From the human T2T-CHM13v2.0 reference genome, Homo sapiens, in assembly GCF_009914755.1 (NCBI RefSeq), contig NC_060928.1: DNA of 64,000 bases; one strand, 5' to 3'. The stretch's first letter is position 1; every line of letters starts with the position of its first letter. The notes under the pieces are model-generated. The model did no database searches. It was not told the origin of the DNA and was given only the letters and a program-made list of their open reading frames with translations. Position numbers and translations under genes: made by a program. Of the stretch, positions 1 to 11,899 are shown in pieces.

Positions 1-164
1 CTGATTTGCATTTTATAAAAACTATTCCAAGGATAAAGAGGGAAAAGATAGGGAGGGAGCGAGACTGCAAAGATAAAGATTAACTTCATATACATCTTTA
101 TTATTTTTGAATTAGGAGATTCATTTTGAGGCCCGAGCTACATACACATCAGACGTTGAGCTAA

Positions 165-305
165 GAGCTGTTTCCATGATATCTCATTCTGTCCTCAAAC
201 TGCCCTGTGAAGATAGTCAGAGATGTGACTTTACCTGTCCATGGTCACACAGCAGTGCCTCAAACCCAGATCTGGTGGGCTCTAGAGCCTGTATGGTTTC
301 CATCC
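165..305 (-). mobile_element. MIR SINE fragment
   Basis: GGTCACACAGC...CAAACCCAGATCTG...CTCTAGAGCC resembles the reverse complement of the MIR core and 5' part. Confidence 0.55.
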
Positions 306-1012
306 TCCCAGGCTGAAAACTAAACACATTCTCAAGGCAATGAGACTCCTTTGACATAGATTTCCAGGAGATGGAAAATACTGTACACTGGCATGGTTTT
401 AAGCACACTTCAAATTCTTTATGCAAAGCCAGGGCAAAAGGTGAATAGTTAACATATCCTAAAGAGCAGTCATGTTGTAATGCAAAGGAATCTGAGGGTT
501 CCAATCACACTGTACCATGTCCAGTGATTCAACACTAGGTCAGAAATATTCTTTTTAAAAAGAGACCTATGTAAAATCCGTGCTTCACAAACACAAGCCC
601 ATATTAAAAGAAGCCTGCTTTTTATAAAATGAAGAAACTTGAAGCTATCATCTGAAAAACTCAGATACAGAAATGAATACAGAGGAAAAAAGAGGTAATT
701 GGTGGGAATTATTTGGACTGATAGCTGATATTGATCAGAAACAGACTGTGGGTCTTCTCCCTCTTTCCTGCTTTACCTCCATAGTCCACAATTGTAAAGG
801 TGGGTTGAAATTTTAAGAAACAACAATGAAGACCAAGGTTATTCTCTCTTGTGCTCAGTAGTTTTTAAGGGGTCAAATGAGTATTGTGGGTGTAGGTTAC
901 AGCTTCTGTCACTTATCACAATTTTGTCATCTCAAGGTCTGAACAAGGGAGCACCCAACTCTCAATTTCCTCTTTTTTGTTCCATGGCTTTTTCCTGCAA
1001 TATTAAAACAGA

Positions 1013-1097
1013 AATGAAAGAAGGAAGAAAGGAGGGAAGGAAGGAAGGAATGGAGGAAGAGAGGAAGAAAGAGAGGAAAGGATGAAGGAGAGAATGA
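1013..1097 (+). repeat. Purine-rich (GGAA/GAAA)n simple repeat
   Basis: Directly visible GAAGGAAGGAAGG-type tract. Confidence 0.9.
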
Positions 1098-1353
1098 AAC
1101 TTGAAAAAAGTACATGTGAATCCAAAAAGGGAGGAGAAAACAACGATTATTCTGATATGTATTACTAGTTTAAAAATGGAACTGTAAATCAGGTTATAAT
1201 TTATAAACTGGTTCCTAAAAATAAAGAATAAAATATGTTCAAAAGCAATTAATAAGCAATTTTTATCTAGGAAGTGGGTGATTTTTGCACAAGGGGGAGA
1301 GAAATGCTCCAGGCTTTGCCTCATCTCCTAGAAGCATCCCATATTCTTAGATG

Positions 1354-1371
1354 TGACGTTGCCTTGGTAAC
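1354..1371. promoter_or_regulatory. RFX X-box overlapping a CRE/ATF half-site
   Basis: GTTGCCTTGGTAAC (1358-1371) is 13/14 to GTTRCCATGGYAAC; TGACGT at 1354-1359; unique sequence. Confidence 0.5.
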
Positions 1372-1983
1372 CACAACTTGGTGACCTCGTTATTTCAACC
1401 TAATCCTGCTTTGAAATTATAGTTGCTCCACCCTTTTGCCTGGCCAGCCTGATAACATAATCATTGTAAATGAGGATGAGAAAAAAACAGCAGGATATAG
1501 TCCCTCCGGTGACACAAGACCAGTCTCACCTTATCATGGAAATAGACGAACAATTAAACGGCATGAATCTAAAACCCTAAAAGTGGATTTTCTTATTTTT
1601 ATATGGCTTCTTATGCTTATTTTCAAAACCTACTGGTGGATTCAATGTAGCAGGGTATCTTGATATTACTATATGAAAATGGAAAATTCCTATTTCTGTT
1701 AAAAAAAAAAGAGATAAACTGTCAAAGGTGAAGTTCTTAATTATGCATGTGTTTTGCCCAACAGCTGAATAGAAACCAGAATCAGAAAATAATTTTTTAA
1801 CAAGTAGACTGGCAGTATCCAGGTTTGTTTGTCCAGCTTAACTTCCTCTGGCTAAAGCCTCACAGATCAGTTGTCATCTTGAATTCAGGTTCCTTTCATA
1901 ACAAAAGAATCAGGAGATGACATTGCTTACATTCTGAATGCATCAAGTCGAACTATACTGTAGTTTAAAGGAAATATATTTAC

Positions 1984-2063
1984 TCATTTGTTTCAATTTG
2001 TGTGCTTTGAGATCTCTGCCCGGAAAGGAAGGAAAATCCATTCTCTTTCTCCTTCATTTCCTC
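1984..2063 (-). other. Weak candidate internal exon (80 nt)
   Basis: Minus strand: poly-T tract then AAAG|GAGGAAATG...ACAAATGA|GTAAAT; open in phase 0. Confidence 0.2.
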
Positions 2064-2549
2064 CTTTAAAAAAAAAAAAAAAATCCAAAATGGCTAGGAT
2101 ACAGTAGTGATAGGTTCGGATCTCAATAAAATGTTCATACTGCTCCCAACTCATACATGGGTAGCTACGTGGCCTGTCTCTTGGGCTCCTGGGCTCCCCT
2201 TCCAGGACACCCCCCCCATTTCTGATTGCCACACACCAGCTCACTCACTGTCTTTCCAAAAGATCCCCAGTTGTGGCACGTGGAGGGGAGGGTTACTTGG
2301 ATGGATTCCCTTCACCCATTCTCCTGCTGGCAATAGTCCTGCTTCCTCTGTCTCCCCACTGTGTGCTTCCCAAAGAATAATTCTTTGCTACTGGTGGATA
2401 TGCTGTTGGCCTCACCAATGGATGTCAATGGCAGCTCACAGGTGAGATGCAAGTTCCCACTCAAGGCCGTTATCCAGAGAGAACATGCCCAGGGGATAAG
2501 GCCACCCATGCTGGCATCCCCTCCTGCTGGCGAAAAGAGAGCCACTGCC

Positions 2550-2862
2550 ATGGGGGGAAGAGGGAATGGCCAATGGTTGGTTAATGGATCCAAAGTGCAG
2601 CTAGATAAGATGAACAACTTCTAGTGTACTAGAGCACTGTAGGGTGACTATAATCAAAAACAATAATTTATCATATATTTTTAAATAGCTAGAAGAGCAG
2701 GTTTTGAATGTTCCCATCTCAAAGAAATGATAAATGTTGGAGGTGATGGATATGCTAATTATCCTAATTTGGATATTCTACATTGTATACATGTATTGAA
2801 ATATCACACTGTACTCCATAAATATGTACAATTATTATGTGTCAGTTAAAAATAATATAAAA
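2550..2862 (+). mobile_element. L1MA-type LINE-1 3' end
   Basis: CACTGTAGGGTGACTATA...AAAGAAATGATAAATGTT...GGATATGCTAATTA...ATAAATATGTACAATTATTATGTGTCA followed by an A-rich end. Confidence 0.85.
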
Positions 2863-2898
2863 GACAGCTGCCATCAGTTATGTCTTTTATCTACAAAC

Positions 2899-2955
2899 AC
2901 AAGACAAGATTTGTGTCTTGTCATATATGACAAGATTATATTGTCATATAATCTT
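2899..2955. repeat. Cluster of overlapping palindromes/hairpins
   Basis: Perfect 20-bp palindrome 2916-2935; 10-bp stem 2932-2941/2946-2955; 8-bp stem 2899-2906/2914-2921. Confidence 0.85.
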
Positions 2956-3204
2956 AAGAATTTAGGGAAAGATTGTAGCTTCTTGAAGAAAGTATGCTGC
3001 ATCAATTAAAGCTTCACTATCAGAGTGATAATATCAAATCTCTTAAGATAAATAACCTGGAACAGCATGCATTTGACTTAAGAGTATTTCTTCCCTTTTG
3101 CTGAGGTGAGTAAAATTAGCATTTCATAAAGTGTGAGCTCCAGGTACACTACACCGGGCCATTCTAAGCCTACACTTCTCTTGTTCACTATAGCCACAAG
3201 GAGT

Positions 3205-3385
3205 AATAATAATGACGATGATAACAGCTAACATTCAGTGAGTTTGCATATTTACCATTTGCCTCATTTTACAGAGGAGTGGCTGACACACAGAAAGCAG
3301 AGGGTCTTGATAGCCTCCCAAAGCTGGCAGGAAGTGGCAAGCCAAGATTCAGATGCATGTAGCTACTCAGCTATTCTGCCCTCCT
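3205..3385 (-). mobile_element. MIR fragment
   Basis: ATAACAGCTAACATT...CTCATTTTACAGAGGAG...GCCAAGATTCA. Confidence 0.6.
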
Positions 3386-4639
3386 GGACCTAACTGTAGA
3401 ACTAGGACCAATGGTTGGACCCCACGAGCAGACACATCAAAACTCACTCTGAAAAGAAAAGTCTAAGTAGTCCAAGCTGTCCAAAGACAGAATAGACCTA
3501 GACAGTCTCAAAAACAAAGGAAACACACAAAGTATGAAATCTAAGACCAAATATCTTTGACCTCCCAGAACAGATCAAAAGTATAGATCTGAGTATAAAT
3601 ACTGTACCCTACTGGCCTCTCTAAGTATTCATCAGATGGTGTGTTTTTGGCTTAGGGGTTCTTAAATGATATACATAGAGAGAGAAAGGGAAGCAAATTT
3701 CTTGGCAGATTCAAGCATCTGTGTAGGGAAGAGGAAGGAAGAGTAGTACACTTAAGAGAATCGCAGTGGAATGGGAGTAAGAGGCTGAGAATAGACACGT
3801 TTTAGGTTTAGGCTAAGAATTGAGAGAACTCACACAGTTGCTGCGAGGATCAAAGGATAACATGCAAAAATAGACAGAAAAGTATAGCTCATGAGATAAA
3901 TGTAAGAAATTCCGGTCCCAGAGGCAGCTGGCAGTGCTACCGGCTCCTGAGCAAGTGAAGCAATGCAAACTGTCGGAGGAATATGGTTCCACTGAACCTA
4001 TTCCAGCCAGGAATAAACAAGGATGAAAAGGAGGCTTTGGGAACAATGAAGGCAACGAAGACAGCTGGTGGGGGGTGGAAAAAGGAATACATGAAGGGAA
4101 GTCCAATTCTGCCATGGCTTGGACATCAAGGTGCTCAAAATTCATGAAGCTCCTCCCTTCTACCATTTGCACCCAAGAGGCCTGAAAATAACCAGATTGC
4201 CAGGCCTTTCCTACCTCTCCTTCCCTCTATCTGAAACATCTCTCTTCTCCTTCCTTACTCAGCTCTTTCCTTTGTCTTCTGCTTGGTCATCTCCCAACTA
4301 TGTTTCAGGTCTCTTAGTTGTCACTTTCTGCAGAAACCCTTTCTGGACTTCCCCTCACCCAATGCTAAATCCTTCTTCTTTTTGGTTCTCCAAACTCCCT
4401 GTTCTTTTGTTTGTTTGTTTTTTCTTCCCAGAATGTCTCACAAAACAGCCAAATATACCTCTGTAAAGACAGAAAGTAAAATAACGCTAGTTCTGTGAAT
4501 TCTCTCTTCTTCTCATGCAAATCCATCAACTGCCATCAATGGACAGAAAGGAGCTCAATGAGAAGCCAAGCTCCCTGTTCTTTCTCCATTTCTATATAGT
4601 TACTGCCTCTTGCCATCTTCCCCATCACCCTCCATAAAC

Positions 4640-4900
4640 TTGTTAACCTTGTGAAGGCAAGAACCATGGTGTCTACACAGTACCTGGCCCATAACAGAAA
4701 CACAATAAATTCATTCATTCATTTACTCACCTGACACATATTTACTGAATATACATTCTGTGCCGGGCACTGAAGTAAAGCAGCAAACAAGACAGATAAA
4801 TTCTCTGCCTTCATTCTTGGGGGAAGGAAAAGTTTTTTTTTATTTTATTTTATTTTTAAATCAAGTAAATGAAAACAAACAAGATGGTTACAGATTGCTA
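4640..4900. mobile_element. Two L2 3' ends, tail to tail
   Basis: CACAGTACCTGGCCCATA...AATAAAT followed by TCATTCATTCATT...CATATTTACTGAAT...TGTGCCGGGCACTG. Confidence 0.6.
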
Positions 4901-5234
4901 AAAGAGGTATGGAAAAAAATGAACAGTTTGATGACATGAAAGAGGAAGACCTTCTTTAAGTCTCATGTCTTTGGATTCTGGGAGAATCTGTCCCCTGCAG
5001 CCTAAAGCCATGTTCCTTCTTTCACCGGGATTCACTGAGATCCTCAGGGAGATCACAGGGCAATGAGGGGAACTGAAGAGGAAACCAGGGATTGTAATCA
5101 TATGGGATAAGGCCTATGACAGATACTCACATGGGGCTGGGTGTGATGGAAGGGCCAAGTGGTATGTTGAAAATTTAGGAGCAGTGTTCCAGAAGGGCTT
5201 CTGGTGACGATGACTTCGAGCCTGGTGATTCAGA

Positions 5235-5470
5235 GTACTATGGTTTCTGGGACTGTAGTACTGGATTTGAATCCAGCCCCCACCTCTCACTAGCTGTGTG
5301 GCCTTGGATGAGTTACTTAATTTCTGTGTTTCAGGTTCCTCATCTGAAGGATGAGTTAAATGACAATACTCGCCCTACAGGGCAGTTGTGAGGATGAACT
5401 TTATTCATATACATAAACTACTTAGAATAGGGTGAATATATAGTGAGTGCTATACATGTTGACCTCGATT
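5235..5470 (+). mobile_element. MIR
   Basis: CTAGCTGTGTGGCCTTGGATGAGTTACTTAA...TTCCTCATCTG...GTTGTGAGGAT core. Confidence 0.8.
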
Positions 5471-6088
5471 ACTGTTTTCAGGATGCAAAAGAGTTAGCTC
5501 AATGAAGAAAAGAGTGGTGAAAAAGCATCCCAAGAAGAACAAATACCTGTGGAATGAAGGAAAGAATGGAAAGAATGGCAAATGACTCCAAGATGACAGC
5601 TTAGTCAACAGGCGCTGGCTTTGTCCGTGAATAATCATAGGGGAGAATCCATTGTGCTAGAGCTGCCTCGTGGGTTAAGAACAAACCCAGGAAAAATAGA
5701 CGGGTTCTCTGTCCTCACAGGCATATTCAACAAGACTAAACACACAAGGAAGAGAGACTAAACACATGAGAAGGATGCAAGGCAGCAAAAAAACCGGCTC
5801 CGAACTAGGTAGCCAGACTCCAATGGTAATCTCAAAAAAAAAAAAAATGAATCATAATATTTTGTTTGTGATGTGCCAGACACTGGGCTAAACACTTTAT
5901 ATGTTTTTCCTGCTTAAATTCAGCCCACAAATACACATTATGTGACTGTCTCTCCATGACAAAACCCCTAGGAGATTTTAGGGAAGGGAGAGATTGACCC
6001 AAAGGACCCAAAAAGACAGCAAAGCTTGAGCTAGGCCTTAAGAGAAGGAAAGAATTTGAATAGAAGGTGAGTAAAAGAGAAACTACAG

Positions 6089-6412
6089 AAGCACAGCCCA
6101 AGAGAAACATAATGTGAGCCACAAATACAAGCTACATATCCAATTCTGAATTTTCTAGTGGCCACATTTTTTAAAGTTAAAAAAGGTAAAATTAACTTTT
6201 AGAATATATTTTATCCAATATTTGCAATGTATTAAAATTTCAGTATGTAATCAGTATAAAACATTATTAATGAGATGTTTTGCATTATTTTCTTTCTCTA
6301 CTAAGTCTTTGATATCTGGTGTGTATTCTCTACTTACAGAACTTGTCAGTTTCAAGTAGCCAGACTTCAAGTGCTCAATAGCCCCATGTGACTACCACCT
6401 TGGACAGCACAA
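6089..6412 (+). mobile_element. MER33 (hAT-Charlie) DNA transposon fossil
   Basis: ATAATGTGAGCCACA...TTTTCTAGTGGCCACAT...TTCAAGTGCTCAATAGCC...TTGGACAGCAC. Confidence 0.8.
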
Positions 6413-6484
6413 GTCAAGAGGTTTTGAAAAAAGAAAAGGCATTCATGGATGTCTTGCTAGGCCTCAGTCACTTTTTCTACAAAC

Positions 6485-6915
6485 ACAGCTTTATTTAATC
6501 TTCCAAACCACTCCCTTAGGGGAATATTGTTACAGGTTGAGTATCCCTTATCCAAAATGCTTGGGACCAGAAGTATTTTGGAATTCAGATATTTTTTCTA
6601 ATTTTGGAATACTTGCATTATACTTATGCGTTCAGCATCTTTACTCCGAGAATCCAAAATCTGAAATGTTCCAATGGGTATTTCCTTTGAACATTGTGTC
6701 AGCATTCAATGGCAAAAGTTTGGATGTGAAATCCAAAAGTTTTGCATTTTGAAGCATTTCGGGCTTTGGATTTTTGGATGAGGGGTATTCAACCTGTATT
6801 ATCCCCATTTTACAGAGGAGAACACTGAGACTCTAAGAGGTTAAGTTGACAGCTAAATAAGTGGGTTGATCTAGGATTTAAATCCAGCTCTCACCAACTT
6901 CAAGCCTGGGCATAT
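6485..6915 (-). mobile_element. MIR interrupted by Tigger4a
   Basis: ATTTAATCTTC... on the left; TATCCCCATTTTACAGAGGAGAACACTGAGACT...AGGTTAAG on the right of the Tigger. Confidence 0.65.
6533..6796. mobile_element. Tigger4a/MER46-type TcMar MITE
   Basis: TIRs CAGGTTGAGTATCCCT / AGGGGTATTCAACCTG flanked by TA on both sides. Confidence 0.88.
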
Positions 6916-8002
6916 TCCTCATGCTGGAATTGTCTTAGGAAACTGCTTCCGAGGACCGTGCACCCCAAAACAAGACAACACCCGGGCAGAGAGAACCACA
7001 GAGATCCTGGGATCCACTTCTGAGCAGCTTCCTCCCCAGGCTCCATAGCCCACACCAGCTTTGTACAGCCTCCCGTACAGGGAGCAGGGTGGACAAAAAG
7101 CACGCAAACACACGCAACTTTTCTCTTTCCAGTTAATTGAAATTGAGATGTACCCTGCTCCATCACAGCAAAATGACGAAAGGAAAGCAAGGAAGGGCAC
7201 CTGTGTGGGTAAATCTTTTACTTCTGTTGCAGAGACGTACATGATGAACAGATACTTAGTTGGCTGCTTCTCAGCCAGCCAAGCAGGGCTCCCTTACACC
7301 CTTTGCGGCTCTATTTTGTTGTCAATTACTGTTTCTAAAACTATTAAGAGAGGAAGGGGGAAGAGTATAAACAGCATTAACGGTAATTTACGATCTGAAA
7401 AGGGACAGCAGGAGTTCGAAATCTGTCTACATTAAGATACTTTCCCCACGCTCCTCTGGGTCCTGGAGCTAGAGGATCAGGATCCAGGATCGTAGGAAAA
7501 GGATGTTTATACAACACTTCTGGCAGAAAAGACATTTTTTTTCCTTGCACGCCGAGGGCAAGGTTCAGCTGACTTTCCATAAAGGGTCTGGTCTGTGCCG
7601 AGCATGCTGTGGGTACCCTGTCCCTGGTGTGGGAAGATACATGAGCTTTCCAGATTTTTGTTTTATTTTATTTACTTTTTGTTTAATGAACCCTCCCTGA
7701 TTTCTACAGTCATTCAAGCTTGCTGCCACCCACCCCACCCCACCTCAACCATCAGCAAAGCCCACCAGGAAAATTGCCAAGAGAGACACTCATCAGCTCT
7801 TCAGTGAGAATTTTGCCATGCTTCTGCCTTTGGTAACTCCAGATTCTTCCAGACAAAGGTTGACTCCATCACTAAGGCATGTTTTATGCCATCCAGTTTA
7901 ACTTTGCAGGACCTACTTCTCAAGCCAAGGAATTGCAAGACCACATTATGTAGCAGCTTGAGTTAGAGTCTAAAAGGAGAGCCAGTTGCACCCCAGGATT
8001 AC

Positions 8003-8138
8003 CATGATTTTTTCCTTTTTCTTTTCTTTTGAGGTGGGCATGAGATACCACGGTCTGGCTCTGAACACAATCTCTGGCAGCTGCTTATGATTCTCTCAAC
8101 ACTAATGATGTGATCAAGTCTTCGAGTGAATTTTGGAG
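8003..8138 (-). other. Candidate spliced exon (136 nt) ending in ATG; host gene or lncRNA unidentified
   Basis: Minus strand: TTTTCTTTTTGTCTCTCCCTTCAG|CTCCAAAA...AAAATCATG|GTAATC; unique, CpG-retaining sequence. Confidence 0.5.
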
Positions 8139-9809
8139 CTGAAGGGAGAGACAAAAAGAAAATTTCATAAACCACCCCCAGAATCTGTTCGCTGAAGCAC
8201 CACACATTTACAGTACCACCTTCGCGAACCAGTCTCTTAGATCACTAGCGACCCCACGTGGCCAATTTAAAAGAACAGTAATTTTTCTCCCCCCCCGCAG
8301 AAAAGAAACTTAACGCTTCAAGGTTTTACTCCTAAGTCTTCGTAGAATTTAAAAACTGAAAAGCTGTAAGGACCGTTAATGTCACCTGACCCAACCACCT
8401 CATTTTACAGGAAGCAGAGGTTGAGAGAGGTAAAAAGGGCCTCGAAAGGTCACACAGAATGTTAAGGTCAAGTTAGGAAGCAATACAAGAAATGATTCTA
8501 AGAGATTCTATGCTACTGGATTTTAATTTCTTAATCGAAGAAAGGAAAAGAAGGCTTTTGTTCCCCAGACCAGAAAATAAATACTGCTATTACAGAAGAA
8601 TCACTGTAATAAGACTGCATGTTTTAAAGGATCCCAAGTTCCAATAGGTATGTAGGCAATACATATATTTCTTTCCTCTTCTACGCCTAAAACTTACCAG
8701 AGTACATTAAATAGAGTCACGGCAAGAATGAGGCCAGCATGGACAAGAGGGAGGAGTCGGCATTTGGCAAATGTGAATTAGATGCTCATTCCCAAAGCCT
8801 AGCCACTGAGCAAAGGAAAAGATTGGGTTTCATTTCCACCCTCATAATGGCACTGCAGAGTGGACACTATTATTCCCATTTTAGAAATGAGAACACTGAG
8901 GCTCAGGGAACTAAACTAACTTGCTCAAAATCTGACAGAGACTAAACTGCAAAGCTAGCTCTCTGCAGGACTTTACTTAATGCCTCAACTTATCCATCCA
9001 TCAAATGGGATGATAAAGTCGGCCTGTTGATCAGAAAATGTTAGTGTTAGAAAGGGTCCTCAGAGGAACTCTCTTTCAAATGAAAATGGACCCGCTGTAC
9101 ATATAACAGTCAAAAATGATTGGTATCTATCTGCATATATATAATAAAGTCTAGCAAAGAGAACATGGGTGCTGTTGTGACCAGATTAAAGCTGAGAGTT
9201 AAACAGGGCATTTGCAGTTTTCGATCTGCTTGAGCATCCGGGCTGTATATTCTGTTTTGTTTACTCTGTAACATAGAGTTTCTGATTCACTTTCCCCAAG
9301 ATAGAAGTCTATCTTGGTTTGATGGACAATGTTGCTGCTGCTGCAGCTGTTCAAATCACACTGCCCTTCCAGCCTCAGAGCCCTCCTCAATTCAAGAGAG
9401 AGATGCTTCATTCAAAGTCTGCTCTAAAACCAGTTAGTACGTGTCTACCTTCAGGTCCACGTGGTGTTAAAATATGACATTCTATATACATTTATATGTG
9501 TATGTGTTGATATTTATTACCACTACTAACACAGTTTTAAATTAGGTGCAGATGACCTTAAAATCATTTACTTAACTCAAGCACCACCATAGAATCCAAA
9601 AGTTCCAGGAGGAGGAAGGAAAATTTGAAAATCACTGATCCAGTCCAGCCTGCTATCAAGAAACCCTACTTTTGTTAAAACCAAAATGAGAACCTCCAAA
9701 ATTTAGGATCAGCTCAAATCTCCACTCCTCATCACCATCACTACAACCCCATGTGTCACCTTTCCCACGAAGCATCTCATTTGGTCTCCTTTTGCCATCA
9801 TAGGTTGGA

Positions 9810-9829
9810 CCCCTTCCCCGCCCCACCCC
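9810..9829 (-). promoter_or_regulatory. G-quadruplex motif containing an Sp/KLF GC-box
   Basis: Minus strand GGGG-T-GGGG-C-GGGG-AA-GGGG. Confidence 0.6.
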
Positions 9830-10119
9830 ACTACAGGACACGGTCCCCCATTCTTGGCAGCTCTATCCAAAGCATGGACCAAACCTCCCTTTGCTGTCTG
9901 CTCTGAGTACCATGGAAACAGTCTGGAATTTTCCCAATGCCATTTCTAAAATTACTGCAAGAGAATAGAAGGTAAATAAATACAGAAAGTGGGAGAAATC
10001 TAAAATCAATGATTTACAAAGCGTGAAATTCTGATCCAAATCTTACTACAGGTCATTCTCTCTCTAGAGCTAGAAAATCTTTCCCTGTTCCAGGAGGAGG
10101 TCCCCAAAATAGAAATACT

Positions 10120-10660
10120 CCATGTAAATTGGTACAAAGACTCTGAAAAGCAATCCAGCACCATCCTTCAAGGTCTGTAAAAAAATTCCTATGCTCGGGC
10201 CCTGTAATTTCACTTCTCCAACTCACCTGAATGAAATAATCAAACAGCGAGGGCAGTAATTCATTCACAAAGATGTTTGTCACTAACTCACCTATAATTA
10301 TATAAAAAAAGAAAACCTGAAAACAAACTGTGCAACAGGGTTTATGATGTAGCCATAAAATGGAACATTACGTAGCCATTAAAAATGATGTTTTAAAGCA
10401 TTTTTGATAATACTAAGTGGACAAAAAAAGAACTTTTAATGGCATTTAGTGAAAATAGCAAGGTGCAAAACTGGTACACATTATGTAATCAAATATTTCA
10501 AACCAAAACAAGAGAAGTATGAGTGTGTAGAGGGGAAAAAAAAAAGAAGAAGAAACTTAGCAAAATGTTCACAAAGTGAACTGACAGAGTGGTGAGATTC
10601 ATGCTGATTTTCTTCTGTACTTGAATTCTGCTTTACTTTTATGATGAGTTTGCATTAATG
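10120..10660 (+). mobile_element. Old L1ME-type 3' fragment
   Basis: AAATTGGTACAA...GAAAGCAAT...ACAAAGATGTT...ATGGAACATTACGTAGCCATTAAAAATGATG. Confidence 0.65.
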
Positions 10661-11074
10661 TATAATCTGAAAATAAAATAAGTTGGGGTGGTCTCTTTAA
10701 AAAATATTTTATTAACTTTGAAGATATTAACTTTTTAAAGATATGAACTCTGTAGCCCAGGAGGCTGACACATTTTCTCAATCTACATCTCCCTACCTCC
10801 TCCCTGTCCCCATCGTGCTCCATCTCCACGCCTCCTGCTCCGCCCACCTCATCTCTGCTTCTCCTTTCTGCTTGTGGATCCCAGAGATCCACATTCATGA
10901 CAGCCAATGATGCGACCCTCCAAGGGACCTTCCAGAGTCACATTTGTCAGGAGGCTGGTACCTCTTCTGAATTATTTACCCTTAAATAAAGCAACCCCAT
11001 GAAAAATTCACATCTCTCAAACGTCTTGCAAGATTTTTCTTCTCCTCTTGGTTGAAAGGCAGGGTCTATGGAAT

Positions 11075-11250
11075 TCATAATTCATTCAACTAATATTGAT
11101 TGAGCGTCCACCATGTGCCAGGACCTCTTCTGGAAGAATACATGAGACAAGGCCACCACCCTCTGAGAACTGGCATTCTGGCATGGGCAAAAAATAATAA
11201 ATAATCATGCAAATGAGGAGAATATCAACTCTGCTAAGTGCTGTTCTCAG
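11075..11250 (-). mobile_element. L2 3' end
   Basis: TTCATTCAACTAATATTGATTGAGCGTCCACCATGTGCCAGG. Confidence 0.7.
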
Positions 11251-11743
11251 AGTGACTCAGTGGCTGCCTGAGACAGTTATTCTTCAGATCTGCGACAGTA
11301 AAACCACGAGGGAACGTCCAGGAGGTACCTTGATGCCAAGATGTTTAGAAAAGCTCAACTTCTTCAGGTCTCGTGCACCAGTGGTGAATGCTAGAAGATG
11401 CCAAGACCTCTCAAGAAGAGAGTTGCAGGAGGCTTCTAAACACAGACATACGCACATGAGCTGTGGCCAGCTGGCTCCCGTTCTCCTCATAACATTCCCT
11501 CCACTCCCTGTCCAGTGATGTTGGTTAGGAGAGAGATTGAAGGAGGGTTGTCATGGTATTTTTGAGACTCAAACAACTCTTCTAAAAATTAGACTCTTAA
11601 ATGGGTTGTAGGGGCCCTGTTGCTTCTCTCTTATGTGGACTGCTGTTAGGTTTTGTTTTTGTTTTTTCAAAAGAATAATAAAAGATTTAAAATCACTTGG
11701 AGCCATAATGACTTTATCTTTGTTAATTTTCCTCAGCAAATAC

Positions 11744-11857
11744 CTTAGGATCAGAAAGTCCTGGAAGCAGAATGAAAAGTACGACCTAAGACAGAGGGCA
11801 GGGGAGATCCGAAGAGAAGAGAAAACCTCCAACTCAGTCTGTTTTCTCAACAGCACT
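11744..11857 (-). other. Candidate exon (first exon or UG-flanked cryptic exon)
   Basis: Donor AAG|GTATTT at 11744/11743; possible acceptors giving 17, 42 or 114 nt; (UG)n immediately upstream. Confidence 0.3.
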
Positions 11858-11864
11858 CTGCAAA

Positions 11865-11899
11865 ACACACACAGACACACACACACACACACACACACA
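11865..11899 (+). repeat. (CA)n microsatellite
   Basis: Direct observation, one interruption. Confidence 0.95.

Noticed and set aside
7133-7208. Plus-strand acceptor/donor pair (TTTTCTCTTTCCAG|...GTGG|GTAAAT), 76 nt
   Set aside because: Isolated, with a modest donor and no partner exons; not distinguishable from a pseudo-exon without transcript data.
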